Numbered from the whole stretch's first letter, positions 1 to 13,085 are shown. The stretch is DNA of 63,840 nucleotides, filler included, from Licmophora abbreviata (GCA_900291995.1; 17 parts of 17 records of this genome joined end to end with filler, not necessarily neighbours in it); one strand, 5' to 3'. The notes: generated from the sequence alone by a model not told the origin. Program-made: numbers and translations.

Positions 1-273
1 CGAGCCGCGAGCCGAGATGCGGTGTCGATTTCCATCGGGCGACGGACAGTGCTGACGCACGAGGTCCATACATAATCATTGAGTCGACTCACTCGACTAG
101 CTCACTCGGGTCTTATGTTTCGTTGCGAGTTGCGAGTTTTGAGTTTTGCCACTCGCGACGACCATGAGATCTATGCAGTCCCTGCTGATCAAGAAAGCTT
201 AGTAGAAGCACCCTTTTGCGTCAGTTTCCTATATTTTGTCGTATCGATCCAATTCATCTCCACCAGCTTCATC

Positions 274-2649
274 ATGGGTCGAAAGTCAAGCACTTCCACT
301 GCCGCTGCCGACGACAACAAGCACGAACAAGGCTTGCAAGCCGTCCTACTTGCCGACTCCTTTACCAAAACTTTTCGCCCTCTTTCCTTGGACGCCAGTA
401 AAGTCTTGTGTCCCCTCAACAATGTGGTGTTGCTAGATTACGCCTTGGAATTCTTGGCTGGCACAGGAGTCGAAGAACTGGTCGTGGTCTGTTTGAACGA
501 TGCCGTGGAAACACACATTCAACAACACAGCAGTCAGTTTCGCAAGCGCATGAGCGTCAAGTGCTTCAAAGATTCCAGTTTGACTAACGCAGGAGACGCT
601 TTGAGGGAGCTCGACAAGCGCAACTGGATTCAGAGCGACCCGTTTGTGTTGATGCACGGTGGTGACGTCGTTACCAATGTGGATCTTCAGCCTGCCCTGC
701 AGCAACACAAGGACCGTCACAAGAAGGATAGCAGTAGTATCATGACGATACTGTTACAGCCTGTCGGAGCTTCTGCGGATGGCTCGCACTTTTCCGACAT
801 TCGTGCTGCGCGAGATGACTTGGTGGTGGGGTACGATCCACTCCAACAGAATCGCATCCTGGTCTACGATGATCGGTCCCACCAACGAAACGTCAGTATT
901 CCTTGCTCCTTCTTTCCGAATCATCCCAGTGTAGAATTGCACAGTGATTTGTTGGACTGCGGAATCGATATTTGTTCCCCCGAAGTTCTGGCGAGATTCA
1001 GTGATGAATTTGACTATCGGGACATCCGTCGAGAGTTTGTAAGCAACAGCGTCGCTGAGGAAGAAGAAGGCCTTCAGCACAAGCTCTATGCCTATGTCTT
1101 GAAGGAGAGCGAGTATGCAGCTCGCGTTCATGACTTTCACACATACCACAGCATCTCACAAGATTTGTTACAGCGATGGTGTTATCCAGTTGTACCAGAT
1201 AACATGCCCAGTGGCTATGAACGGAGTTATCGATATGCAATGCAAAGACACGGACTATATCGAGAACAGCGGCACCCTGGAAAAGTGGGACGGTCCTCTG
1301 TGGTGCAAGGCCCTGGTATGATGGGAAGTCGGTGCTTTATTGGCGAAAACTGTCGTATCACCAAGAGCGTCCTGGGACACAACTGTCACATTGAGAATGA
1401 CGTCGTGCTGGAGGAATGTCACCTGTGGGGCGACAATGTGGTGGAACAGGGAGCAACGGTGCGAGATTCAATATTGGGGAAGGACAGTGTCATTCGGAAA
1501 GGAGCTGTTGTAGGCCGTGGATGTCTCATTGGCGACGGCTGCGTGATTGATGCCAACGTAACGCTACCCGATTTTACGCGCGTCACCAAGGCAATCGACA
1601 CGGACGGCATGGAGGACGAGGATGGCTTTGGCGACTTTGACGACTCGGAAGATGAGACTGATGGCGACAGTGCGTCCTCGCAAGAAGATGGAACATCTGT
1701 CAGAGAGAGGGAGCCACAAGAGGTTGCGACAGCCGTGTCGGATTATGACGTGGTCGGCCCCAATGGTATTGGCCGCACATGGCTTCCGGCTTCGGGGGAT
1801 GTCGAGAACGACAGTGAAGACGAAGATGGTGACCAGTCGCAGGTGGATATTCTCAAGTCTCAGAGTATAGGCTACGACCCGACAACTTTGTATCAAGAGC
1901 GACTGAAACTGCAGCAAGAAGAACTGGACGCCTTTAGTGACGAGGAGGAGCCACTCGACGACCACGGAGACTATGGCGACTACATCGCAGATTCCTTTAC
2001 GTACCGTGGCGGTGCCACTACGTCGTCCGGGTCCTCTACCAATCTAAACGAAAATGGCATCTTGATTGCTGGTCGACAACGCGGCGTGGATGTTGTGAAG
2101 GAACTCAAAGCCATCTGTCTGGAACACGAAGTCACGAGTCCGATTGAGAACCTTGCGATTGAATTGAATTCCTTCAAGTTTAGTCAGAATGCAAGTTACT
2201 CGGATTGCACCATGGCAGCAACTCTGGCCCTTCTCGATAATATTCAAGTGGAGGATAGTATGATGAACAACAAGAAGCTCATTGCCGGTCTCAAGCAGCA
2301 GCTGGAACACTGGGGGCCGCTGTTGCACAAGATGAGTATTGGCGTAGAGGAAGAAAAGAGTATCGTGCTAGCAGTGGAAACAGCGGCGACGATGACGAAT
2401 GGCGGCGGTCTATTGGGTGAGACCCTTCGTAAGGAACCTGCGTTTCGGTTTGTCTTGCAGACATTGCACGACGAGGAGATTGTCGGCGAAGAGGCCATTC
2501 TTGCATGGGCTGCGGAGCGAAAGGAAGACGAAGCTGACAGCCCTCGGGGTGCCCTTTTCCATCAACAACCGACGCAAGACTTTCTCGAATGGCTGGCCGA
2601 GGAGGAGAGCGACGACGACGAAGATGACTCTGAGGACGATAGTTCGTGA
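274..2649 (+). CDS. EIF2B5: Translation initiation factor eIF2B subunit epsilon
   Basis: N-terminal LQAVLLADSF..F.PL nucleotidyltransferase-like domain, hexapeptide (LbH) repeats, acidic linker and C-terminal W2 domain (EEAILAW...FLEWLAEEES). Likely ATG at 274 (MGRKSS). Confidence 0.93.
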   Translation: MGRKSSTSTAAADDNKHEQGLQAVLLADSFTKTFRPLSLDASKVLCPLNNVVLLDYALEFLAGTGVEELVVVCLNDAVETHIQQHSSQFRKRMSVKCFKDSSLTNAGDALRELDKRNWIQSDPFVLMHGGDVVTNVDLQPALQQHKDRHKKDSSSIMTILLQPVGASADGSHFSDIRAARDDLVVGYDPLQQNRILVYDDRSHQRNVSIPCSFFPNHPSVELHSDLLDCGIDICSPEVLARFSDEFDYRDIRREFVSNSVAEEEEGLQHKLYAYVLKESEYAARVHDFHTYHSISQDLLQRWCYPVVPDNMPSGYERSYRYAMQRHGLYREQRHPGKVGRSSVVQGPGMMGSRCFIGENCRITKSVLGHNCHIENDVVLEECHLWGDNVVEQGATVRDSILGKDSVIRKGAVVGRGCLIGDGCVIDANVTLPDFTRVTKAIDTDGMEDEDGFGDFDDSEDETDGDSASSQEDGTSVREREPQEVATAVSDYDVVGPNGIGRTWLPASGDVENDSEDEDGDQSQVDILKSQSIGYDPTTLYQERLKLQQEELDAFSDEEEPLDDHGDYGDYIADSFTYRGGATTSSGSSTNLNENGILIAGRQRGVDVVKELKAICLEHEVTSPIENLAIELNSFKFSQNASYSDCTMAATLALLDNIQVEDSMMNNKKLIAGLKQQLEHWGPLLHKMSIGVEEEKSIVLAVETAATMTNGGGLLGETLRKEPAFRFVLQTLHDEEIVGEEAILAWAAERKEDEADSPRGALFHQQPTQDFLEWLAEEESDDDEDDSEDDSS

Positions 2650-2742
2650 TCATAATATGTAGCTGTCTAAGTTTAAAATGCTATTCAATACGTGAAATGG
2701 CCATGAGCTACTCCTGCTCACTAGCTAGTCTTTCATCAACTT

Positions 2743-3351
2743 TCACTTGACTTGGACATGAAATCCCATTTGACGTCGACGCTGTTCGTGGGGTGTCAGT
2801 TCCTCGCTGTTGACATCACCACCGCCGGTCCCATTGCGGCCTTCTTGTTCCATCACCATCAAATCAATCTCAGTCGTCGACAGCAAGTCCATTCCAGACT
2901 GCAAGCAGTCCACCAGGATGTCAACATCCAATGCATCACCCTCCTTCAAACGCACTTCCTCAAGCACGTCGGCAAAAGCATCCGTAGTCATTTCCACATA
3001 CATGGATCTGACCCTGGCCTCATCCAAGGCATGTAGGGACGATTCAGAATCAGTAGTAGTGGTTGTCTCATCTTGCTGTTGTTCCCCCTCGCCAATGACA
3101 ACTGGTTCCCATGCCTGTTTAATTTTCTCCCGCGCCTCTCTCAATTCAGCAAAGATGAGATCCGGACGGTTCCATGGATTGGCAGCATCCGTCGTCGTCG
3201 TCGTCGTCGTCGTGTAGTAAGGATCCAGCTCAGCATATTTTTCAACGAGCGCAATCGCTTCCGAAGCGGCAGCTTCGACACGTGCTGCCTGTGCCAAGCG
3301 ACTGTCACGCTGGGGATGACAAGTCGAGAGTTCTTTCTGCTGTTGCTGCAT
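2743..3351 (-). CDS. Hypothetical protein
   Basis: About 200-aa ORF with protein-like helical composition, convergent with eIF2B epsilon; no recognised motif. Confidence 0.6.
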   Translation of the reverse strand: MQQQQKELSTCHPQRDSRLAQAARVEAAASEAIALVEKYAELDPYYTTTTTTTTDAANPWNRPDLIFAELREAREKIKQAWEPVVIGEGEQQQDETTTTTDSESSLHALDEARVRSMYVEMTTDAFADVLEEVRLKEGDALDVDILVDCLQSGMDLLSTTEIDLMVMEQEGRNGTGGGDVNSEELTPHEQRRRQMGFHVQVK

Positions 3352-3501
3352 GGTGAGTTTGGGAAAGAGCAACAGCTATCTGGTGTAGTCTACGAGTAAA
3401 GAGTGTGATCTGGAATTCTCAAATTTGGGATTAGAAAAAGAGAGTTTGTTCTCGTAGAATGGTTGGTTCGGAACTGTCTGTCTGTGTCTGTGTCACAAGG
3501 T

Positions 3502-3601
3502 NNNNNNNNNNNNNNNNNNNNNNNNNNNNNNNNNNNNNNNNNNNNTTAATTAATTAANNNNNNNNNNNNNNNNNNNNNNNNNNNNNNNNNNNNNNNNNNN
3601 N
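3502..3601. other. Artificial assembly spacer (N44-TTAATTAATTAA-N44), first of 16
   Basis: Identical 100-nt linkers with stops in all frames also at 5951, 9724, 13746, 22825, 34886, 36246, 41324, 42567, 45899, 48649, 49878, 55962, 57439, 59852 and 62489. Confidence 0.98.
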
Positions 3602-4446
3602 CGCATCTGCAAGTGGCTCCACGCTCCGACGAGACAGGAAGAAGCATACCGAGTCCGACCCCTTCCGAGCTTGCCATGACCAGCTTGGAACCTCCCAAGA
3701 TGAAGTATCGCTGCAAGCTCTGCGGTCAGCCAAAGCAGAACCACAATTGCCCCTATCGACGTTCCATCCAGCGTAGCATTGGAGTCTTGGTGCAAAAGGC
3801 AGTCAACTCTTTTTCTGCGTATGAACCGGGTGAGATTACTCCTGCACTTTCGGAGATGAACAACTTTGTTTCGTACGATTCTGCCGATCGCGATGAAAGT
3901 GATTCTCCTGTCCTTGTGGGGATTCATACTAAGGTATGCCCAGAGACGTTTGGGACAACTGGAGTTTTGCAATCGCCTCAGGGATCGCTTTCGACTCACG
4001 GGCAGACCCCAGTTACAACTCCCAATGCCATGAATGATGAGGGCGACAACCGCAAAAGGAGCCGTTCAGATATGGAATCGAACCTTGCGTCTCCCAAGAT
4101 ATTGCCGGCTGGATTCGCCAACATGGTGCCGCTACGTCCGGAGCAGTACCGTGCAGTGTCTCCTGGGAAACTTCAACAGCCAGGTGCCTTCCAGTATCCC
4201 CCTGTCCCGTTGACACTGGCGGAACGTCGAAGTCTCAGTGACACGTTGTTTGAGCTTTCCAGGCAGATTCCTGGTATTACAGAGGAGTGCTCTGCGATTC
4301 TTTACGACGCAAGAATCCGTGGCTTGTGGGATATGGCGGTTGCGGAGCTATTGACTCAAATCGTTGTTGGCCTATTCTGCTACGAAGGTGACGGACGGTT
4401 GGAAGGTTTGCATCACTATTTGCTGGGAATTGGTATCTCCTGTTGA
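3602..4446 (+). CDS. Uncharacterised zinc-knuckle protein (YRCKLCGQPKQNHxC), short paralog, probably 5'-truncated by gap
   Basis: CxxC-x6-H-x-C motif and a C-terminal domain clearly homologous to the protein ending at 8774. Confidence 0.8.
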
Positions 4447-5419
4447 AATCTGCGCCGCTGGATATAGCGTTATGAACCCGAGTGTTGGCTGGAATGGGAT
4501 GAGTTTGATATGTTATGTTATCGTCGGCTCAGGACAGTTGTGTAAGTCTCCCTCTCGAGATGAGTCGTGTGAGTCGTGGAGTCAGGATTCTTGTGCTTGT
4601 CGAGTCGAATGACTCGACTCGAGTAAGTCCCCGTCTCTTTTCAACGCATCATCCGTTGAGTTTACTAAGAGAGAAGTGTCTTAATGGCTGTATTTAAGGA
4701 AATGCTGCATAGGCACAATAGTTTATTCAGTGCTGGAGCTTAAAATGAGTTATATTAGACTTAGAACATGTATACATATTATTCAAAGGTTGAAAGCCAA
4801 GGACGTGGCGCCCCCGACCTCTGCAGTCAGATTATCAATCACAACGCGTTTGCTCATGAAGGCACCTCTGTAACCGTTGAGGTAGTCCGCTTTGCAGTCT
4901 GTTTCGTTCATTGTTTGCTCTCGGTAGGTGTACGTTTAACCTGCTATGGATTTCTATGCTTGTTTAAGAGGGGATTGGAGCGGAAAGTAGGAGAAAAGAC
5001 GCGGGAACGTTTATAGATAAGCAACCAAGATCAGTTCAGTTTTCCGGAGAACTCGCAAGATTCGAACGCAAGGGGGCAATGTGGACTGGATCCTCGAATT
5101 GTAATCATTTTGTACAAGTTTCTATGCTCGAGTTTGTGGCTCTGTCCCTAGTTGAGCAAGGGCGCAATATTTGCTTGAAACGCGTTGATAACGTGGCCGA
5201 ATGGAGACGCCGCAACGGACTGCAAAACTCAAGTCGGCGACTTCCACGGGCTTGCTCGGGGGCCGATACTTCAGTAGCAATGTCCCTCGCTCGCTTCCGA
5301 TAGGATTGGCAACCTGAGCTTTGGAGAGTACACATTTCTTCACAGACTCCTTGTGCTAACATGTTATTCCGCTTGTTCGTCACACGTCACAGAACTCATC
5401 GCATTGAACGTTCACAAAC

Positions 5420-8400
5420 ATGGCGGAAGCGAAACCATCAGAGCCACTTCAAAATGGCATATCAGGAATGTCTCCTGTGCTGGTCAGTGGAGAAAGTTCG
5501 ATGAACGGCAAGACTCATCCAGCAAATAGCTCTCAATTGGCTCCGGAAGTGATGCTCAGATCGTCGTCTGTGACCTCGACCCATTCCTCCGCTGCATCTA
5601 CAAGTGCCACAACGGCCACTAGCAGACGCGGAGGGAGGATTAGGAGTCGCTCTCCACCGGCCTTAAGTGGTCGACCGATGTCCACTGGCCCTTCCGATAG
5701 AAAGCGCCCTTCGTCCCCCAAGAACCCTCCATCCTCTGCGGCTGCCGCTGCAGCTGCCGCAGCGAAAGCCCTTTCCAATGGAAGTGGCGGTCAGGCTGGT
5801 TGGTATAGTCATGATACGCACAGTCGCCATGAACCTTCCAAATATCAATATGATGGAGGCAGCTTTCCGGGAGCAAGAAGCTGGCGTCGAGCAGAAACCA
5901 ACGATCGGATGCATGCTGGACCGCCGAGGCAAGACGCCTATCGTCAGGCANNNNNNNNNNNNNNNNNNNNNNNNNNNNNNNNNNNNNNNNNNNNTTAATT
6001 AATTAANNNNNNNNNNNNNNNNNNNNNNNNNNNNNNNNNNNNNNNNNNNNGAACATCTTCGTTCCCGCAGCAGCCAGCTGGTGGACCAACGCCGTCTTCG
6101 GAGCGACTGTCGCCGCCAGTTGCACCAGGCGCATACCACTCCCGGCAATCGACCCGTGAAGACCCATACGCAAGTCCAGGAAAGACCGACCAGGTGCAAG
6201 AGGCTTCCACTCCAGTCACTGTGAAACGTAGCGGTACAAGTCGCGTCATGGGAACTCCTACACCCATTCACGTCCCTCGTGCTGGAGATCCTGAAATGGC
6301 AGAGTACTCAGTTCCAACTGGATCAGCAGCGTCGGTCTTTCGGGATCCTCCAAATGGAGCTAGGGTACCAGATCCAGCAACAGTCGACGACGAGAGCCCG
6401 TCGAAAATTTTGCTATCACTTCGAACTCCGTCCCACTCTTTCGAAGACCGCGATGGTCCGCGCAAGAACAACCCGGGAGGGGAATCTAAGAATTCACTCA
6501 GTCCCGATGGTCCTCCTCAGATCCAGCACTCGCATCACCACCAACCGAATATTGACATCTTTGAGCCGAAACGGAGTCCAAACGCCGGATCTCTTGAAAT
6601 AGCCCCATCTTTCAATTTGTTCAACGCTTCCTTTGACAGTCTTGGTGATGCTGGACAGTACTTACATGCGACGACTGACGGATCCCTTCAGAACAATTCT
6701 TTCGGGATGCAACCATCAGGTAGTGACGAAAATACTCATGTGTTCTCGTCATCCGCAATCCAGTTGGACGGTGGCCAGACAATTGCTTCTCCTCCTCACG
6801 GTGGAACACTAACTCTCGGTATGAGTCCCGTCAACTCTTTCGGGAATGGGGTGCCTTCAAGTCAATCTCGGCGAGGCGGAAATATGATGTTAGTCGGCGG
6901 GGGAGACCCGCGCTCGTCGAGCCCGACACAGGTGCTTGGAATGTATCCGTCCTATTCTGGCAGTGGGGTGTTCCCACAGTCACATGTTCATTACAGGGGA
7001 CCTAACATGATGAATGACCCGTATGCTCGAAGTCTGGGCAGTGGAAGCTTCGGTGGCCCGTCGATGACCATGTCACATAGCTACACAAGATCGTTTGAAC
7101 AGTCTCCGCACTCGCCTTATGGAATGCCCCCGACAATGCAGAATCAGACACCGCCTGTTGATGGTCCAGATGGGCAGCCTCATTTCTACGGGTTTTTGAG
7201 AAGAAACAAAGCAGCGTTTATCAAATGCTCGTTTCTCCTTCCTGGGTTGAAAGCCGCGCTACTCGAGTCGCCACTCTCCAGTTCCAAGCAGAGCGGATCA
7301 GATTTGCGCAAGGTAAATTGTGGAGGCTCCATTCTGTTATGACAGCATTCTTCTATTCTCATTTATTGTGTGCCAACCCTCAATTCTCGCACTGATCACG
7401 AATTTTTTCCATTTTCATCAGGTTCATCCCATGCTGCGTGGACGAATGTTTGAACCAAGCCCACAGGACAATGTGGTGGCGTCGCGTCGCGTCGTCTCGG
7501 CGATCTTTGCGTTTGGCGGAAGTGTCGGAGGTGACGAAAACGTCATTGTTACGCGCGAAAGCTCTACTCACTCTATTTTTCGCGACAAGAAGGATAAGAA
7601 ACCGGCCACCGTCACGCCATCGTCACTGATGGGCACATCGTCGGGAAACCGCTTCCAATCGCGTGCTAGGATGAAGTACGAGGAAATGTTACCAAACCGA
7701 TACTATGAAAACGAGAACAGGCTCTCATGGGAGTTCGAGGAGTCTCCTCCTATTGAAGAAAGCGAAGAAAGCAGAAAGATGGGCCGGAAGAAATCACGGT
7801 CCTCCAAGCGTGATGATAGTAGAAGCGAGCGAGATAGCGCGCTCGGGCCGACGTCCCCAGAGTCGAGCAAGACATTCCTGTCGGATGATGCCTCCAAATC
7901 GTCTTTAGGAAGTCCAGGATCCGAAGCTCGCGGCAGCAAGATGAGATACCGCTGCAAGTTGTGTGGCCAGCCAAAGCAGAACCACGTCTGTGCCTACATG
8001 AAGTCCCTGCAGCGAAGCATCGGGGCAATGGTATACCCAGCAGTGAATGCGTTCACTTCGAACGAGCCGGGTCTATTGACACAAACTCTTACCGAGATGA
8101 ACAACTTTCTGCCCTCTGGATCAGAGTCTAATCCATCTTCAAGCGAGAGTTCGCCTGCTCGTCCAAGCTCTGGTGAGAAGCGCAAACAGACGGGTACGCC
8201 CAAGCGAAAGGCGAAGAATGTGACACCGGAGACCTTGCGGTCGAGCTCTCCAGCGTCGGTAACCTCTGCTTCGCGGGGGCTCCGAACTCCGAAGCGCTTG
8301 AAGTCAGGTGGACAGACATCCGGCAACTTGTCCGGAGGCACGGCGTTGAGTCAGCGCTCGACACCGCTGAGCACCAGGAGTAGTGGCCAACAGCAAGGGA

Positions 8401-8774
8401 TGTTGGTTAGCGGTGGATCAGATGACCAGGACTTGCTGTTCGTAGACGCCATTGACCTGAAGCCTGAGCAATTTCGCGAGGTCTCCCCTTCCAAGGCCTA
8501 CCCGGCGCCCGATGCGTTCACCTATCCGCCGTTGCCGTTGCCCTATGCGCAACGCAAGCGCTTAAGCGACAATCTCTTTGCTTTGTCGAAGGAAGTTCCA
8601 AAGCTTACGGACGAATGCGCGGTTGTTCTACGCGAAGCACGGGAGAAGGACATGTGGGATCTGGCCGTGGCGGAGCTGATGACTCAGGTTGTCGTTGTGA
8701 TCCACTGTCCAGAGCACGATACGCGCTTGGAGGGACTGCGCCAGTACTTGTTGACTCTGGGTATTGCTTGCTAG
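5420..8774 (+). CDS. Large Ser/Pro-rich protein with zinc-knuckle (YRCKLCGQPKQNHxC) and conserved C-terminal domain; putative nuclear regulator
   Basis: ORF 5420-5950, gap, ORF 6051-7312, in-frame GT-AG intron 7313-7421 (AAG|gtaaat...catcag|GTT), last exon to 8774. The join across the gap is inferred. Confidence 0.75.
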
Positions 8775-10497
8775 CGAGCGAGCGAGTGTCATCCGCTACT
8801 GAAGGGGACACGGGGGATTGTGAGGGTTGAAGGGGACATGCATACGCGTAGTAGTTAACACTTGTAAGACGGTGATGATGATGCAGTCGTGTGTCGTGTG
8901 GGTAGACTTTGCAAGCATGATTGATGTGTGCACCGACGACGACGACGAACGACTATAGAGAACAGAATATGCGTGTACACACATCGAATTCTAGATATTT
9001 ACACGCCATCTATGATTGGTTGGTAGCGACTGATTCGTGGCCTGTAAACGGAGAAAGCGGCGACACACGCTGTGAGCTTCTCGTCACAACACCATGTATC
9101 GAACACGAAGTCCTTGCGCCAAATAAATTGTAGTACAGGTTTGTCTCTCAGCAATGTTGAAAAGTTACTATTGTGTGGTTTCTCAATCACAAGTCGATTC
9201 AGACAGGGATAACAGGAGTCTCCTCATAGAGCCTGTTTTTGCGCAAGGAAGGGAACATGATTCAAACATAAAATACGACGAACTTACACAAAAGGAGCTA
9301 TCCAAAGATGCCGCCCGTACCAGTTGGCTCCTGAAAGCAAAACTATAGTGGACTAGCTGACGATGGCCATGTCGTGCCAGCCGCAAAATTTCACTTTAGA
9401 CTTTAGTGGATCCCTTTTCGAGCCCTCGATTCGAAAAGTAGGTCCTCTCAGACGACTGCCGCTTCAAAATTCGCCCTTGCCAATCAAATGGGGCGATGGC
9501 ACTTTTGGAGCGATCGAGAATGCGCGCCACACATGAAAGTGAAGACCTATTTCAAAACTAGGGAGTACAGTAAACTGTACTCCGGAGTAGTCGAAAACAT
9601 GCTTTCGTCGTTGTCGATCAAACTCATACTACTACTACACCTACACTACAATGGGATGATGGACCCTGCAGCATGTTCTTGACTGTAAGAAATCATCGTC
9701 ATTGCGTCGAAAGGCTCATCATCNNNNNNNNNNNNNNNNNNNNNNNNNNNNNNNNNNNNNNNNNNNNTTAATTAATTAANNNNNNNNNNNNNNNNNNNNN
9801 NNNNNNNNNNNNNNNNNNNNNNNAATTCTAGTGAAAAAGACGTCCTTCAAACGTTCACACCTCTGCCGCGTCACGCGCCCACCATGACGCGCAGCATCAG
9901 TCCGAGCAGGGGTAAATAAGTCCTGGAAACTGGAAACACTGACGGTCGAGAACGCAATGCTCCCGATCACAACAGCAAACCTTAACCTTTATTCGAACCA
10001 CGTTCTTCCCAATCGGCCTTACCATTCAGCTAATGCTGACCAGGCGGAAGAAGTTTGGTTCATATCTTACTGGTAAGGCAGAAAATGGGCTGGTCAAAGT
10101 GAAGGCCCAGGGCAAAAATCCAGTTGGCTTTCTCGTCGCGATAATCGCAAGCACGAAGATCTTCGAGGCCTAACTTTGTTACAGCAATGTGACGATGTCG
10201 GCGTAGACGCCCGTCTTCTTGACTTGCTGCAGACAGACGCCCTCGCGCAAAGACTGTTGGCTGCATGGCCGCGAGCTTGCGAAAAGGTAAACGCTGCGAC
10301 GCTCCAAGTACGAGTACGAGGTATTTCTGCGAAATTTCTTCGCGAGGGGCGCGCATTTTCTTCCGACCGTCCACGTGTAGCCAGAGAAGATTCGACTCTT
10401 TGGATACGGAGCCGACTTCAACTTGCGCAATAAGGAACATCACTCCCGCCATCAGCCACAAAACAACTTCAGCGCCATCTTCTTCCCTCTTTTAACC

Positions 10498-12026
10498 ATG
10501 AAGCTCGCCCTTGCATCGATTTTCTTGGCCGGTTCGGCCTCTGCCTTCGCTCCGACGTTTGCTACGCGGGGATCGGCCTCGTTGAAGATGAGCGCGGTCG
10601 AAACGCCGACGTACACGTTTACCAAGAGTGAGGAAATCTTCAAGGAGGCGCAACAGGTGAGAAGGACGCATGCCTGCAGCGTTTGGAATGTTTGAAACGT
10701 CTCCTGTTGCTTGACTTTGTCTCGATAGACCGGGTGAGTGATGATTTATTGATTTCTGACCCTTGGCTTGTTCAAATCCCACCACAGCTCATGCCGGGTG
10801 GTGTCTCGTCTCCAGTGCGTGCGTTCAAGAGTGTCGGCGGAAGTCCCGTTGTATTCGATCACGTCAAGGGAGCTTATGCGTTCGACGTTGACGGAAACAA
10901 GTACGTCGACTACGTCGGAACCTGGGGACCTGCAATTCTGGGGCACGCCGACGATGACGTCTTGAAGGCAGTTGCTGAAACCATGCAGAAGGGAACCTCC
11001 TTCGGCGCTCCTTGTCCGTTGGAGAACGACCTTGCCAAGATGGTCATTGATGCCGTCCCGTCCGTCGAGATGGTGCGTTTCACCAATTCGGGAACGGAGG
11101 CCTGTATGGGAATGATTCGTCTCGTTCGTGCATTCACTAGCCGCGAAAAGGTCATCAAGTTCGAGGGATGTTACCACGGCCACGCTGACTCTTTCCTAGT
11201 CCAGGCAGGATCCGGTGTCGCCACCCTCGGTCTTCCCGACTCGCCTGGTGTTCCGGCTTCAGCTACCAAGGCAACTCTCTGCGCTGAATACAACAATCTG
11301 GAGTCTGTCAAGGCCATCTTTGACGAAAACAAGGACGAAATTGCGGCCATCATCTTGGAGCCCGTCGTCGGAAACTCAGGTTTCATCAAGCCCGACAAGG
11401 AGTTCTTGCAAGGACTTCGCAAACTTTCAGAGGACAATGGTGCTCTTCTGGTGTTTGACGAGGTCATGACGGGCTTCCGAGTCTCCTACGGTGGAGCGCA
11501 GGAATACTTTGGCGTCACACCAGATGTCACCACCATGGGCAAAGTGATCGGAGGCGGACTCCCCGTCGGTGCCTACGGTGGACGCAAGGATATCATGGAG
11601 ATGGTAGCGCCCGCTGGACCCATGTACCAGGCTGGTACCTTGTCTGGAAACCCGCTTGCTATGCGCGCCGGTATCGAGACGCTCAAGAAGCTAAGTGAGG
11701 ATGGTGTGTACGACGAGCTTGAGCGAAAGGCCAACAAACTTGTGGATGGTGTCACTGCGGCCGCCGAGAAGCACGGACATGCAATCTCGGGAGGTACAGC
11801 CGGTGGTATGTTTGGATGGTTCTTTGTTGACGGACCTGTCAAAAACTTTCAGGATGCCACAAAGGCCGATTCGGATAAGTTTGGCAAGTGGCATCGCATG
11901 ATGTTGGAGAGGGGTGTCTATCTTGCGCCTTCCATGTATGAAGCTGGATTCATGTCAATGGCTCACACGGACGAAGACATTGAACAAACTATTGCCATTG
12001 CCGACGAAGTTCTGTCTCAGTTGTAA
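10498..12026 (+). CDS. hemL: Glutamate-1-semialdehyde 2,1-aminomutase, plastid-targeted
   Basis: [27 protein letters not shown] and GKVIGGG motifs; exon 1 encodes signal peptide plus ASAFAP; intron 10657-10787 joins the exons in frame. Confidence 0.97.
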
Positions 12027-12448
12027 GGTCATAAGCTAGCCCCGGCTTGATACATATTCGTTCGCTAGAATGAGCTTTCTCTGTCGTTACAGTGCTTGAC
12101 GGAAATCGCGCTTGATTTTATCCCTTGCTACATTATGTTGACTACGAAGGCAACGACGCAGAGAAAGCTCTGGTGTACGTGTATCACAGTCCCATGGCAC
12201 CATGTCGAACCTTGTTCATCCACTTCCACTAGCAACGCCGAGCCGTGAGCTTGGACTCTACGAGTAGAGGCGGCACAATCCGACTCACACAGGAAAGAGA
12301 TCTATTGATGGTTACGGGCAAAGGCCTTCCCTCCTATAGCTTGCAGTTAGTCTAGTACGGTTGTAGTCAATATCAAAATAGAGAAATCACGTCCGTCCCT
12401 CTAGAGTGAGTTGGCGAATATCTACCAAAAAGTCAGCGAAACCTATGC

Positions 12449-13085
12449 CTACTTTGTAAGCTGTCCAAGGATCACGGCACCTGCAATAGAAGCAATAGGA
12501 ACAGCCACGCCAAGCACGCCAGCAGCCAACGTTTGCGCTGCCACTTGCACGACGGTATCGTCCGGAACAACAGTGACGATGCCGTAGGCAGCACCAACTG
12601 AGGCAAGGGCACCAAGCTGCAAGACAATCGGAGGGACGCTGACGGCTGCAGCCAGAAGAGGAAGTGCCGCCGGTGCCAAATCAAGAATTGTGGGAAGGAC
12701 GGGCAAGAGATCAGGTCCAGACGCTTCGACCAAGATCAAGACATCGGGGTTTTCTGCGGCCAGGGCCAAGAGAGGTTCCAAGTTGGAAAGGGAGATTCCG
12801 GCTTCCTGAGCCTTGGAGAGAAGACCGCTCGCCGCAACCTTGGACAAGAGACCTGTCTCTTCGGCATCAACAAGCAAGTCTCGCACTGCAACATTATTTC
12901 CAACCGTGTCGACCTCAGCTCCCGGGAGGACTCTGGCGGTCCGTTCCGTCAAGAAGGTCTTTGGTGCGACCGCGGGCGCGAACGCACTGGCAGAAGCGGC
13001 AAACAGGGCTGTGTATGGTCAATGGTCACGCAGCGAGACGGAGAATGAGATCGACGTGAGATAAACTACCAAAGAATAAGAGCAT
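12449..13085 (-). CDS. Plastid membrane protein, DUF1118 (RIQ-like) family
   Basis: LFAASASAFAP upstream in frame, GLLSKVAASGLLSKAQEAG repeats, C-terminal hydrophobic hairpin around VVPDD. Start codon and first intron (~13009-13069) uncertain. Confidence 0.7.

Noticed and set aside
79..273. N-terminal extension of eIF2B epsilon from a TTG start
   Set aside because: Artefact of alternative-start ORF calling; homology begins after the ATG at 274.
4600..4622. 9-bp hairpin tcgagtcga-atgac-tcgactcga downstream of a gene
   Set aside because: Short, built from locally frequent GAGTC/TCGA words; no supporting context.
9972..10040. Minus-strand Pol III A-box/B-box-like pair (TAGCTGAATGG ... GGTTCGAAT)
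   Set aside because: The T-stem and anticodon arm do not pair and the spacing is too short for a tRNA; likely chance or a heavily decayed relic.
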